A stretch of DNA of 64,000 bases, from contig NC_043017.1 of the NCBI RefSeq assembly GCF_006345805.1, forward strand, positions 12,276,001 through 12,340,000. Direction: 5' to 3'. The DNA is from Octopus sinensis (taxonomy: Eukaryota). The notes under the pieces are model-generated. The model did not search any database, was not told the origin of the DNA, and saw only the letters and a program-made list of their open reading frames with translations. This document shows positions 25,801-38,214 of the stretch, piece after piece. Positions within the stretch are counted from its first letter, which is position 1. Each line of letters starts with the position of its first letter. The position numbers were made by a program, and so were the translations under genes.

Positions 25801-27163
25801 GCAGAAACTGAAAGAAGCCAGTTGCGTGTATATCATCAACATTTAATGCTTGTTTTAAATGCTGACGCCCTTCCTAATGCCAACCACTTAACAGAGTGTA
25901 TTGGGTGATTTTTACATGGCACCAACATCCATAGATATAGAAGCACTCCGTCGGTTATGACGATGAGGGTTCCGGTTGATCCGAATCAACGGAACAGCCA
26001 GCTCATGAAATTAACATGTAAGTGGCTGAGCACTTCACAGACACGTGTACCCTTAACGTAGTTCTCAGGGATATTCAGTGTGACACAGAGCGTGACAAGG
26101 CCGGCCCTTTGAAATACAGTACAACAGAAACAGGAAGTAAGAGTGAGAGAAAGTTGTGGTGAAAGAGTACAGCAGGGATCACCACCACCCCCTGCCGGAG
26201 CCTCGTGGAGCTTTAGGTGTTTTCGCTCAATAAACACTCACAACGCCCGGTCTGGGAATCAAAACCGCGAGTCCGCTGCCCTAACCACTGGGCCATTGCG
26301 CCTCCACACCAACATCCATATTAATGCTTTTTATGTGTGTATGTCTGTTTTCTTGTCTTGACCTCACAATAGCTGTGAGTGTCATTGTTATAAAAGCAGT
26401 ATCATTCATTTCAAATATTCCATGAAAAACATGTCTAGTCATGGTGAATTATTACTTTGCTTCGAACTAGCTGAGGGTTAGCAACAGAAAAGGCATCCAG
26501 TCATAGAAAATCCACCTCAACAAATTCCATCTGATCCATTCAAACATGGAAAAATGATTGGGGTTTTTTTTTCAGTTTCTGTCTATCAAATCCACTCACA
26601 AGGGATAGGTTGTCCCAGGGCTATAACAGAAGACACTTGCCCAAGGTGCTATGGAATGGGACTGAACCCGGGGCCATGTTGTTGGAAAGCAAACCTCTTA
26701 CCATGCTGCCACACCTGTACCTTCTTTTAAAAAAGCACTCTATGAATCATTTAACACTGAGCATCTTATTAAGTAGTTGCTAATTAAGTTTATTGTTGTA
26801 TCTATAATTTCAGGTGAGAAGAAGTACAAGGCCCCAACGTGCATCTGTCGACCAGCACAAAAATGTGAAGAAGCTTCGAAACCATACAAAGCTGTACACA
26901 ATTTACACATGGTAACAATGCTTCTGTTTGCCTGGCCTTATGGTGCAGCAACAAATCCTGATGCTGTACCATCCGACAGCACCACTGCTGAAGTACTTAA
27001 CAAGCAAGTACTAAGTATGTATGTCAAGAAACAGATCATCGGAGCAGATTTATCCAGAGAAATCGAGGGTCTTAAAAACCAGCTGACTGTCATTTTGGCC
27101 CAACTGTATTCAGACGATAACAATAAGGTTACAAATGATGTTGATAAACAGGACAACCAATAA
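20060..27163 (+). CDS. PCS: Phytochelatin synthase (glutathione gamma-glutamylcysteinyltransferase), join(20060-20455,22161-22383,24060-24431,26814-27163), 1341 nt = 446 aa + stop
   Basis: Spliced by hand: all introns GT-AG, phases 0,1,1 consistent. Family motifs [12 protein letters not shown] (catalytic Cys), W..PWRW, ECCVPL, GDGHFSP (His), [12 protein letters not shown] (Asp), RGYVLL. ATG context ttcaccATG. Confidence 0.95.
20471..20914. mobile_element. piggyBac-like MITE (family P2) with a family D SINE inserted, 15 bp after the PCS donor
   Basis: ccctttcg.../...aaagggTTAA; intact relative at 43124-43342. Confidence 0.75.
21254..21527 (+). mobile_element. Fold-back cassette with degenerate hammerhead (21350-21391)
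   Basis: Inverted arms 21254-21319 and 21464-21527; tgaac-CTGATGA-..tgc/gca..-GAAA-tatac-TA-gttca. Confidence 0.6.
22161..22383 (+). CDS. PCS: PCS coding exon 2 (catalytic His and Asp)
   Basis: aaag|GTTGTG acceptor, VVKSY...DKATG, donor G|gttagt. Confidence 0.92.
22585..23020 (+). mobile_element. SINE family C (PCS intron)
   Basis: Full-length family C copy. Confidence 0.85.
23192..23338. mobile_element. Diverged fold-back cassette with hammerhead core on -
   Basis: Minus: aactgt-CTGATGA-agtgttacagt-GAAA-ctctgag-TA; plus arm GAAACTCAGAGTA-acggtt. Confidence 0.55.
23442..23827 (-). mobile_element. SINE family A, full length (PCS intron)
   Basis: 12-bp TSD aaagtcacacat. Confidence 0.92.
24060..24431 (+). 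CDS. PCS: PCS coding exon 3
   Basis: ttttttgcag|GAACT acceptor, [10 protein letters not shown]...LVSQH, donor G|gtcagt. Confidence 0.88.
25240..25618 (-). mobile_element. Helentron/DINE-1-like non-autonomous element
   Basis: Minus 5' actagcagtatcacctggcgttgctcggg, internal tandem duplication, 3' acagacagacacacaacttcacttttatata. Confidence 0.5.
25934..26306 (-). mobile_element. SINE family A (PCS intron)
   Basis: 14-bp TSD caccaacatccata. Confidence 0.92.
26814..27163 (+). CDS. PCS: PCS terminal coding exon
   Basis: tttcag|GTGAG acceptor in matching phase 1, [13 protein letters not shown]...DKQDNQ-TAA. Confidence 0.82.
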
Positions 27164-28175
27164 AGTTAACGAGGAAGCACACAAAACAACCAGGTTACTA
27201 ATGAACTAAGAATCCACTTGATAAATAAGAGAAACTATTAGCAGGGCTGGATGATGAACTGTAAAAGGTACTCTTAAGCCCTATATGGTGAATGGTAAAT
27301 TCATCAGATAACAGGCAGTGTGAAGGAATGATAATGGCTAAGTACTGGGGCTACTCAAAGAAAATTGCTAGATGTATGGGAATGAGTAGGTATTTCAGCA
27401 TTAATGGTAAGGAACAACTGCTGGGGGTTACTCAGAGGAAATGGCTAAATGTATAGGAATGAACAGCTTTTGACACCAATCCATCTAAAACCAACCCTGA
27501 ATCTGTGATACAAAGCATCTTGTTTTAAATGGTCTAATTTAAAACATTCCTCCAAAATTTCACATTAACTTGTTTCAAACAGCAGATTGGTGAGGACAAA
27601 GGTATTTTATTAAATTCTTCATTATTTTTAGAATTAATTGAAACAAAGGCAGCGTATTTCAATGGGAGTATGGTAACAAAAGGGTTAAGATGCAGCATTC
27701 ATGATAAGGACCAAGAACTCAGGTTAATCAGAGCAAATGGCTAGTTGTATGAGAAGGAGTAGATATTTTATCAAAGTTCACACTTTCTGGGGTTATCAGA
27801 AGAAATGGTTAAGTCTACATAAGAAGCACTAACGGTAAAGACGAAGTACAGGGGTCACTCAGAAGAAAAGTTGAAGTGTACGTAATAGGTAGGGTCACAC
27901 TTAACATACTACCTCTAGTTTACATTATTACAGAAAGCAAAAACCATAATGTGTGTGGTTGTTGTTAGATACCAGCAGGTCAGCTTTGGTTGAGCAGTCC
28001 TATGGTACATAAATAATTGGCTGAAGGACTGGACAGTGACCTACAGATCTGTTTTTATAGTTATATCATTGCTCTACCTCACTGAGGACCACACTGTACA
28101 TTTCAATATAAAATGGTGATTGTATACCTCCCAAAAACATTTCATGCAAATATATATATATAGAGTGAGAGAGAC

Positions 28176-28467
28176 GCAATGGCCCAGTGGTTAGGGCAGT
28201 GGACTCGTGGTCGTAGGATCATGGTTTCAATTCCCATTGTGAGTGTTTATTGAGCGAAAACACCTAAAGCTCCACAAGGCACTGGCAGGGGGTGGTGGCA
28301 ATCCCTGCTGTACTTTTTTACCGCAACTTTCTCTCACTCTTTCTTCTGTTGGCCTGCTCACTTAGCTAGCAGGGTGGCATCATTTGAAGGCTAAAAACCA
28401 TGCGAAGTGCCTTGTGACCAGAGATGTGTAGCAACATCTGATAACCTGGTCGGTCACGGTGATCACG

Positions 28468-28470
<3 letters not shown>
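28176..28470 (+). mobile_element. SINE family B (family-A head with a different 3' half)
   Basis: Same tRNA head to ...ctctcactcttt, then cttagc(t/c)agc.gggtggc...gtcacggtgat; also at 36737-37035, with 3' halves at ~3534-3650 and ~4519-4630. Confidence 0.8.
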
Positions 28471-28504
<34 letters not shown>

Positions 28505-29667
28505 CATTTTTCTGAAAAGTATGAGAAAACCAAGTCTGATATGTGGATGGTGGTACACCAATCTGTTGCTGTGGAATGGAAATATTGTCAGATGTTATTG
28601 ATACCATAAGAATTTAGAAACTTCAAGAACTTGAAATAAATTTTTTTAATGCTGAATCATGAAACAAATAAAGCTATAAATAATGTGTAAATATTGGGCT
28701 AAAAACCCTTTGAAGAGAAAACAAAACAAAGGTTGTCATGTTTATAGGAGATGTGGGTTCGAGTTCCATGGGCAGCCTTTGAGGTTTTCTATCCTAAAGG
28801 TTTTTGTCAACCCAATATTTACATGCTATTTTTTCATAGCTTTATATGTACAAAGGACTGGGATACCTGGTGCCTTGCTGTACTCAAGAAGACCCATCCT
28901 CCACAGCAGAGGTGTTAATGTTGCTCCCCACTGCTGAAGAAGATTGGCCTGCAAGAGCCCTGTGCCAGTGCCACATTAAAAGCATTCATGCTGGTGCCAT
29001 GTAAAAAGCACCTGTGCTGGCACCACATGAGAGCACCTGTGCCAGGGACATTTAATGAGCACCTAACGCACTCGGTAAAGTGCTTGGTGTTAGGAAGGGC
29101 GTCCAGCTGTAGAAAACCATACCAAAGCAGAGGCTGGGACCTGGTGCAGCTCTCCTGCTTGCCATCTAAAGTCAAACCCTTTAAACCATGTCAGCATGGG
29201 AAACAGGTTAAATAATAATAATAATAATAATAATGGTCATAATCCTTTCTACTATAAGCACAAGGCTATAGTGGGGAGGAGTAAGTTGATCACATTGACC
29301 TCAGTACTTGACTATATACACACACACACACACACGTATCTATATCTAAACATACATATTTAGATATACATATATAAACACAAACAAAATCATTTTCCAT
29401 AGATTTTTTTTTACAAGGGACGTAACTCTGTTACATCAACAAAATCAGTTCTCTGCTGGTACAACTTAACTGCTTCAACCACAAAACAATTTGCCTTCCA
29501 AAGCAGACTGAATTGTCCTTCATTCACAACTCCGAGGACCCTACTTCACTACCTTAATCTAAAGCTTGTTTACTGTTGAACCCCTTTGTATTCACTGGTT
29601 AGAAACAGCAGCAAGATTCAGTTCACAAACTATTTCCTTTCGAAGGTATGTTAAAGCAGTATTTCAG

Positions 29668-30041
29668 TGGAGGCGCAATGGCCCAGTGGTTAGGGCAGCG
29701 GACTCGCGGTTTCGATTCCCAGACCGGGCGTTGTGAGTGTTTATTGAGCGAAAACACCTAAAAGCTCCATGAGGCTCCGGCAGGGGATGGTGGTGATCCC
29801 TGCTGTACTCTTTCACCACAACTTTCTCTCACTCTTACTTCCTGTTTCTGTTGTACCTGTATTTCAAAGGGCCGGCCTTGTCACTCTCTGTGTCACACTG
29901 AATATCCCCGAGAACTACGTTAAGGGTACACGTATCTGTGGAGTGCTCAGCCACTTACACGTTAATTTCACAAGCAGGCTGTTCCGTTGATTTGGACCAA
30001 CCGGAACCCTCGTCGTCGTAACCGACGGAGTGCTTCCATCC
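29668..30041 (+). mobile_element. SINE family A
   Basis: 15-bp TSD aaagcagtatttcag. Confidence 0.92.
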
Positions 30042-31718
30042 AAAGCAGTATTTCAGCAATGTGGTCAGCATACCTCACTGGTGCAGAGAAGGTTTAATTT
30101 CAGCATACGTGGGGGAATAATTAACAAATCGTTTATCTTTTACTTATTTCAGTCATTAGACTGCGGCATTGCTGGGGCACCTTCCTGAAGAAATTTTAGC
30201 TGACTGAATTGACACCAGTGCAGTTTCAGACTTGTAAGGAAGTCTTTATTAAAATTCCAGACATGCTCTCAGCCATACAGCAGCCACTCTCACCATCTAT
30301 GCTGACGATACAAAAACATCACAGGTGGTCAAGGGCCCTGATGACATCCTTAAAGTACAGAAAGATCATCATCATCATCATCGTTTAACGTCCGCTTTCT
30401 ATGCTAGCATGGGTTGGACGATTTGACTGAGGTCTAGCGAACCAGACTCCAATCTGATCTGGCAGAGTTTCAACAGCTGGATGCCCTTCCTAACGCCAAC
30501 CACTCTGAGAGTGTAGTGTGTGCTTTTACGTGCCACCGGCACGAGGTGGTACTGGCAACGGCCACGCTCAAATAGTGCTTTTTTATGTGCCACCCCTGAA
30601 AGCAATATATAAGCGGGCTGATGAAATGCTGTTCAATGCTGAGAAATCTCAAGCGCTCCACTATCTGCCTTTAAACAGACTATAATCAGAATAAATAGGA
30701 CCAAGGCAGAGGTACAATTCCAGTCAACACATGTGGGAAAGACATGAGCAAGGAAAGAGAATTCCAAAGAGTTGATGTTCTGGAAAGGAAGGACAGTTCT
30801 CTTTAAGCTGTTTCAGTCATTTGACTGTGGCCATGCTGAGGCACTACCTTGAAGGGTTTTGGTCACACAAATTGACCCCAAGACTTATTTTTTGAAGTCT
30901 TGTACTTATTCTATTGGTCTCTTTTTGCCAAACTACTAAGTTATGGGAACATAAACACAACAATACCAGAAAATCAAGTGGTGATGGGGGCAAACACAGA
31001 CAGAAAGATACAACACACACACACACATAGATACATATGTATATGATGGGCTTCTTCCAGTTTCCGTTTCACAAAGCTTTGGTTGACCCAAGGCTATACT
31101 AGAAAATACTTGTCCAAGGTGCTACACTGTGGGACTGAACCTGGAAACAAATGATTGGGAAGCAAGCTTCTTACCACATAGTCTTGCCTGCACCAACTGA
31201 TATTTTAGGGATTCTTTTTGAGTCAAGGTGTCATATTTGATCCATTTGATTATGAAGCAGCAGATTTTATGATGTTACAGTTTAACCCTTTAGTGTTCTG
31301 ATTATTCTATCAAACATAATGCTTATTGATTCACATTGATTTGAATTAATCATGCATTTTCTCATATCTTCAAGATCTTGATGGTGTAATTACTTAATGT
31401 AGAATAACATTGTAGGGTAGGTGTGAGAGCCTGGATCTGGTCAGTTTGAGCATAAAACAGATTAAATATTTGGTACCAAATCCACTCACAAGGCTTTGGT
31501 CGGCCCGAGGCTATAGTAGAAGACACTTGCCCAAGGTGCCACGCAGTGGGACTGAACCCGGAACCATGTGGTTGGTTAGCAAGCTACTTACCACACAGCC
31601 ACTAGCATACCTTGTATGGCTGGATGTCCTTTCTAATGCCAATCACTTTACAGAGTGTAGTGGGTGCAGTTTTCATGGCACCAGCACTAGTGAGGTCATC
31701 TTACAGTTGGCTAGACTC

Positions 31719-31920
31719 TGAGAGGGGACTGAAAAGTTCCTGACTTGAAGAGTATTGCAAGAGGCCCACCCTTCTGAGGTCTTTTACAGGGCTTAGAAAA
31801 ACTAAAGGACTGCTGCAATAAGTGTGAATCTGAGAGGGGAATATAGTGAATAAAATCACAATTAACTGTTCTTCCTTATTTTATTTTATCCATAACCAGG
31901 AACATTTCAGCACACCCTTG
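31719..31920. mobile_element. Mariner-type MITE remnant
   Basis: Ends resemble mariner TIRs (gagggg-actgaaaagttcc / ggaacatttcagcacacccttg-ta). Confidence 0.45.
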
Positions 31921-32195
31921 TAAATATTAACATTAATATGTGAAATATGTTTTCAGATTGAGGTTGTTAGCCTAGGGTCAACTTCTTTGGGCTTGAGAAG
32001 AGGTGGATTGTGCTTTGTCTGGATTCTATCTCTTGGTCAGTCTGGTATGGGTAACCCTGCCAAGAGCCTAAGCACACACCAGCATCACCCTCTGGGTCAC
32101 TTAACCATGCAAGCCTCTCAACCACAAACAGATCCTTGGAAGAACAAAGCTATCCATGAAGAAGCAAAATTTTCTGTGCTTTCCTGGCATTCACT

Positions 32196-32682
32196 ATCAT
32201 CATCATCACCATCATTTAACGTCCGTTTTCCATGCTAGCATGGGTTGGATGGTTCAACCGGGGTCTGGTAAGCCATGGAGGCTGCACCAGGCTCCAGTCT
32301 GATGTGGCAGTGTTTCTACAGCTGGATGCCCTTCCTAACACCAACCACTCCGAGAGTGTAGTGGGTGCTTTTTACGTGCCACCTGCACAGGTGCCAGGCA
32401 AGGCTGGCAACGGCCACGATCAGATTGGTGCTTTTTACGTGCCACCGGCATGGAAGTCAGTCAAGGCGGCACTGGCATTGGCCACGTTCGGATGGTGCTT
32501 TTTACATGCCACCAGCACGGAAGCCAGTCAAGGCGGCGCTGGCATCGGCCATGTTCGGATGGTGCTTTTTACATGCCACCAGCACGGAAGCCAGTCAAGG
32601 CGGCGCTGGCATCGGCCATGTTCGGATGGTGCTTTTTACATGCCACCAGCACGGAAGCCAGTCAAGGTGGCACTGGCATCGC
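32196..32682 (-). mobile_element. (GAT)n-tailed RTE-associated short retroposon with internal ~66-bp tandem modules
   Basis: 3' end ccatgctagcatggaaaacggacgttaaa(c/t)gatgatg. Family copies at ~226-375, 1595-1800, 4219-4350, 5204-5345, 5780-6100, 21550-21688, 24650-25000, 28990-29240, 30366-30600, 35380-35582, 36211-36710, 37100-37475, 38585-38722, 43975-44370, 44761-45000. Confidence 0.75.
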
Positions 32683-32965
32683 TGGAATTCTAAAGCTTTC
32701 TGGAGAATGGATTTAGAACTTAACGAGTAAAATTCTATGGTGTATTTTCCTTTTGTATGCTATTAAATCATGTAATTACATCTTGTTACTGTTCAGCCGT
32801 GATAATGCTGTTTGTGGATTTCTGGTCTTTCAGTTTAAGTTGCTAACTATGGACATACTAATAATTTCTGGTTTATTTGTTATATATGTCTGGAGTGATA
32901 TAAATAGTTGCCTTTACGGTCAGCATCAGTTTACATCCATTTTTCTATATTCGTATAGATTAGAC

Positions 32966-33593
32966 CAGTGGTTCTCAGCTATGGTGCATTTGACCCCTGG
33001 GAGTCCATGCAAGCAAAATAGCAAATTGGGTCCACAGTAGTATTTTAAGGGTAACTGAAAAAAAAATTTGATTTCATTGCCAGAAACAGGTTTCTTTTTC
33101 TTAATGCTTTACATAGTTTAACACATTGCCAGCCACCAAAACATGTTCTCTCAGAGAGTTCTAAGGATAGGGCAATCTTACGGTTCTAGTATATTTTACG
33201 TCAACTGACCACGTGTATTTGTTTATATATGATCGTCGATTTCCGTAAAAAATTTTTATTTTTTCACATTTATTTTGTTACATATGGGAGGGAAATAGGA
33301 TCCTTGGGGTTAGGGTTAGGGTCCTAACCCTAATCCCAAAGATCCCATTTCCCCCCAACCCCATATGTAAAAAAATAAAAGTTTTTTACGGAAATCGACG
33401 ATCATATATAAAAAAATACACGTGGTCAGTTGACGTAAAATATACTAGAACCGTAAGATTGCCTAGGTTTGTGCGAGAAATGAAATAGAAATTCTGAAAG
33501 TATCTAGTTTAGGTATTCAATGGCTATGGGGTCCACCAGAGTAAATTAGTAATCAAATTGGGTCCATACATAAAACATGGTCAAGAACCAGTG
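32966..33593. mobile_element. hAT (Charlie-like) MITE
   Basis: TIR cagtggttct; 8-bp TSD gattagac/ggttagac. Confidence 0.78.
33171..33463. mobile_element. Palindromic MITE with 3-bp TSD (PIF/Harbinger-like) nested in the hAT MITE
   Basis: Arms ggcaatcttacggttctag... / ...ctagaaccgtaagattgcc, TAG on both sides, head-to-head TTAGGG repeats at the centre. Confidence 0.75.
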
Positions 33594-33847
33594 GGTTAGA
33601 CAAACCATACAGCACCTTGCTACCATTCATGGTCCAAAGTCATCTGGCACACACACAAGGAAAAGACCATCTTCTTGTTACACATGCCAAATTTTTTTTT
33701 TTTAACACTGGTTTTATAGCTGGATGCCATTTCTATAACCAACCATCTTACAACAGACTCTCTCCAGCTCTGTCTGTGGTTAAGAAACTTGTTTCTGACC
33801 CATGAGGTCTGGGGTTCAATTGCACTGTGCAGCACCTTGGGCAAGTA

Positions 33848-34342
33848 CTGTAAATCCTCAAGTATAATATGCAAGGGATTTTTAGGGGGCTGTACCTCTG
33901 AAAAACCTTAATCTTGTGTATAATACGCACCCCTTCTATAACTTGATTCAAGGAGGTCTATATAACGTCCCTGGTTTGTAAAACTGTATACGGTAACGTC
34001 CTTTATTATTATTGCATAGATAACATAATGCAAACGTGTAGCTTTTTTGTGCATTTTGTTTGCAGAAAATAAAGAAATAATAGTAACAATGTTTAATAAA
34101 TGTTGCTTACCGCAAGTTATGGATGATTCTTTTAGGACTTCATTGCTTTCAGGCTTAGCTTAAGGTATTTTCGCGCCCAACATCACAAAATGCGTCTGAA
34201 TAAACATTGCTGGACAGCAAATAGAGACTCGGACATTGCTTAGAAAATATTTTTCATTTTTAACCTCCTATATAGTACGCACTAAGGGTTTTGACCTTTA
34301 AATTTTGGGGAAAAAATGCAGATTATACTCGAGGATTTACAG
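33848..34342. mobile_element. Tc1/mariner-pogo-type non-autonomous element
   Basis: TIR ctgtaaatcctc(a/g)agtataat at both ends, TA TSD. Confidence 0.75.
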
Positions 34343-34785
34343 TATTTTTCTATTAAAGTCCCAAACCGACCAAAGCCACATGAGTGGATTTGGTAGATGG
34401 AAACTGAAAGAAGCCACTTGTATATGTGCATGTTCATACCTTTGTCTTGACATCAAATGATTGTTGTAAACAAACATCACCATCATAAAAGCAGTGTTGT
34501 TTTCAGTCTTCCTTATAAAACATGTCGGGCCTCAGGAAAATATTACCCAATTTGGAAACAGGTGAAGGGTGACAACAGAAATGGCTTTAGGCTGTAGAAA
34601 ATCTGCCTCAAAACATTCTGGCTGACTCATGCAAGCAAGTAGAACTGGACAATAATGATAAGAAACCCATCCAACAGGGTATCACACAGTTTATGTTTAG
34701 CTAACTCTACTAATGAGCCATGCGTCAACCAAAGGCTATGATAAAAACAGATGCCCGAGGTTATATGCACACATATATACATGCT

Positions 34786-35019
34786 TAAGGCGGCGATCTG
34801 GCAGAAACGTTAGCACGCCGGGCGAAATGCTTAGCGGTATTGCGTCTGCCGTTACGTTCTGAGTTCAAATTCCGCTGAGGTTGACTTTGCCTTTCATCCT
34901 TTCGGGATCCATAAATTAAGTACCAGTTACGCACTGGGGTCGATGTAATCGACTTAATCCGTTTGTCTGTCCTTGTTTGTCCCTTCTATGTTTAGCCCCT
35001 TGTGGGCAGTAAAGAAATA
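34786..35019 (+). mobile_element. tRNA-derived SINE family D
   Basis: ggcg..ctggcagaaacgttagcacgccggg...gagttcaaattcc...gtcgac-rich body...gtaaagaaata. Further copies at ~13121-13300, 14197-14336, 15840-16028, 17590-17815, 20608-20835, 51511-51740, 53268-53420, 55798-56160, 56747-56970, 57160-57385. Confidence 0.88.
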
Positions 35020-35048
35020 ACAAATACATACACAAGTCAATGTGTAAA

Positions 35049-36204
35049 ACAAGGGTGAGATGAAAAGTTCATAGGCCGACTATGAAGGAGTGATGCTAGA
35101 GCCCTGAAATCTTGCGTGCATCAATTTCAACCCTTATTATTAACTACATTGTTTCTTTCCAAGTAAACTGGTATCTCACTGTTCAGAGATTTCAATCGTA
35201 ATTAGTAGCAACTTATCTTGAAAATGGACAAAATTTAGCATTGTGGTACTATCAAGTACCTTCAGCAAAAGGGTTTCTCCTCCAACAACATTCATGTTGA
35301 CACAATTTCTACATTAGGGGATGATGCTCCAGCTTTATCAACAATGACAACGAATGAGTTTAGGTTGTATCACTTTCAGTCATCATCATCATCATCATCA
35401 TTTAGCGTCCGTTTTCCATGCTAGCATGGGTTGGACGGTTCAACTGGGGTCTGTGAAGCTGGAAGGCTTCATCAGGCCCAGTCAGATCTGGCAGTGTTTC
35501 TACGGCTGGATGCCCTTCCTAACGCCAACCACTCCGTGAGTGTAGTGGGTGCTTTTTACGTGCCACCCGCACAGGCGCCAGAAACAAAGAAACAATCTAT
35601 GCAGTAGAACCCCCCCCCACTTCACGAGATCCAAAGAAGTCCATGGTCGTTTTATCTATAGGAAAGGTGAGGACCTCAGTTTCTTTCAGATGTCAAAAGC
35701 ATTGTGTTTATTGACTATCTTCAAAAAAGGCTACACTATCAATGGAGAGTGCTATACCAATTTACTGAGGCTGTTAGAAAAGGCAATCAAACACAAACAG
35801 CCAGGAGAACTGACAAAAGGTTAGGGTTAGGGTCTTGTTTCATCAGGACAATGCTCCAGTACAGAAGTCCTTGGCTTCAATGGCTGTGTGTGACCATGTC
35901 TTTGAACTGGTTGATCACTGTCTCTATTCTTCTGATTTGGCTCCCATCTGACAATCATCTGCTCCCAACATGGGTGCCACTGGATGGGAACCAGTATTGC
36001 AGTGATGATGGCATCATATTTGCTGTTGATGACTTTTTTGACCAACAGGATAAAAGTTTGTTCACCAATGGGTTCCAAGCACTGCAGCACCAATGGAAGA
36101 AGTATGTGGGCCACAAAGGGTTTCTGTGCTGGAAAATAAATCTCATTTGGTAGTATTCCATGAGAGTATCTTGATCAGCCTATGAACTTTTCAGCTAACC
36201 CTCG
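35049..36204 (+). mobile_element. Decayed, internally deleted mariner transposon, interrupted by a (GAT)n-tailed repeat at ~35380-35582
   Basis: TIRs ..aggg....gaaaagttcatagg at both ends, terminal TA; remnants IDYLQKGYTINGECYTNLL, HQDNAP, SDLAPSDNHLLP. Confidence 0.88.
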
Positions 36205-36210
36205 TATATA

Positions 36211-36710
36211 TCATCATCATCATCATTGTTTAACGTCTGCTTTCCATGCTAGCATGGGTTGGATGGTTCAACTGGGGTCTGGGGAGCCCGAAGGCTGCAC
36301 CAGGCCAGTCAGATCTGGCAGTGTTTCTACAGCTGGATGCCCTTCCTAACGCCAACCACTCCGAGAGTGTAGTGGGTGATTTTATGTGCCACCGACACAG
36401 GTGCCAGACGAGGCTGGCGAACGGCCACGCTTGGATGGTGTTTTTTATGTGCCACCGACACAGGTGCCAGACGAGGCTGGTGAACGGCCATGCTCGGATG
36501 GTGTTTTCTTATGTGCCACCGACACAGGTGCCAGACGAGGCTGGCGAATGGCCACGATCGGATGGTGTTTGTTACGTGCCCACAGCACGGAGGCCAGTCG
36601 ATGTGGTACTGGCTACAGACACGTTTGGATGGTTTTCTTATGTGCCACCGGCACTGGTACCACAAAGATACAAATTCCATTGATGTTCATCTATTTTGAT
36701 TTGGTTTGAT
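36211..36710 (-). mobile_element. (GAT)n-tailed retroposon with a different module set
   Basis: Repeated tatgtgccaccgacacaggtgccagacgaggctgg modules. Confidence 0.75.
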
Positions 36711-36736
36711 TTTGGTTATATATATATATATATATA

Positions 36737-37035
36737 TGTGGAGGTGCAATGGCCCAGTGGTTAGGGCAGCCGACTTGCGGTCATAGGATCGCGGTTTCAT
36801 TTCCCAGACCGGGCGTTGTGAGTGTTTATTCAGCGAAAACACCGAAAGCTCCAGCAGGGGGTGGTGGCGATCCCTGCTGTACTCTTTCGCTACAACTTCC
36901 TCTCACTCTTTCTTCTGTCGGCCAGCTCGCTTAGCCAGCGGGGTGGCGTCATTTGAAGGCTAAAAAAAATGCGAAGCGCATTGTGACCAGCAATGTGTAG
37001 CAATATCTGATAGTCTGGTCGGTCACGGTGATCAT
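36737..37035 (+). mobile_element. SINE family B
   Basis: As 28176-28470; inserted in (TA)n. Confidence 0.8.
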
Positions 37036-38075
37036 ATCCATATATATATATATATATATATATACACACTTCAGAACAACCTGCTGTGCTTGAGGAGACC
37101 TATTGAGTCAAGTACATGAACATCGAAATAAATATTAAATGGAAATAGTAGATGTGATACCTGTGCCGGTGGCACGTAAAAAGCACCATCCGAACGTGGC
37201 CGATGCCAGCGCCGCCTTGACTGGCTTCTGTACCGGTGCCACGTAAAAAGCACCAACTGATTGTGACCGCTGCCAGACTCCCCTGGCACCAGTGCCGGTG
37301 GCACGTAAAAGGCACCCACTACACTCATGGAATGGTTGGCGTTAGGAAGGGCATCCAGCTGTAGAAATACTGCCAGATCAGACTGGAGCCTGGTGCAGCC
37401 TCCTGGCTTCCCAGACCCCGGTCGAACCGTCCAACCCGTGCTCGCACGGAAAGCGGACGTTAAACGATGATGATGACAAACATACACACACACAAATTTA
37501 TATAGACAACAAACAAAGGTTGTTTTTAGCATCCAATTTCCAGTGTATTTTCCAGTCGCTGATGTGGTAAAAAGGAAGGATTTTAGTGATAAAATGAGAA
37601 AGAGAAAGAAGAGAAGATGTATCAGCAGTATTTGTTTCGTACATATTAGAGATTGTACAGCTTCATAGAGTTTATCACAGTTCAATGGTTCCACAAAAGT
37701 TGGAGTCTCATTGAAATAGAAGCAAAGGAAAGCCAGTTATAGCTAGCTACCCCCTAATACTACCAAAACAAGTAAAATATAATCAAAATACCTATATGGT
37801 CTACCTTGATCTCACATCCTATATATATAAACATAGTAAATAGGGTAATAAAAAATAAATTATTATTACCAGTGACCTAGCACAAAAGACAAATTAGTCA
37901 TTAGACTATATATTATTCATATAGAAATATAATAAAAGGGTTCCAAATAAAGAAGCATTGTGCTAGGCACACAAAAAGGGATAAATTCACAAAAGAATGA
38001 AAATTAAAAATTTCATGAATTTATCACTTTTTGTGTGCCTAGCACAACGCTTCTTTATTTGGAAGCCCTTTATTG

Positions 38076-38110
<35 letters not shown>

Positions 38111-38214
38111 TTATTTGTATGTGTGTATGTATGTATGTACGTATCTGTCAGAGTGTATACACACACACACACACACACGAAATATTAGGTCAGAGATCTC
38201 ATCACAGGACGATG

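Noticed and set aside
32340-32682. Repeat-spacer pattern resembling a CRISPR array (also 36370-36660, 44140-44340)
   Set aside because: Eukaryotic context, no cas genes, and the spacers are homologous to each other and shared among dispersed retroposon copies.
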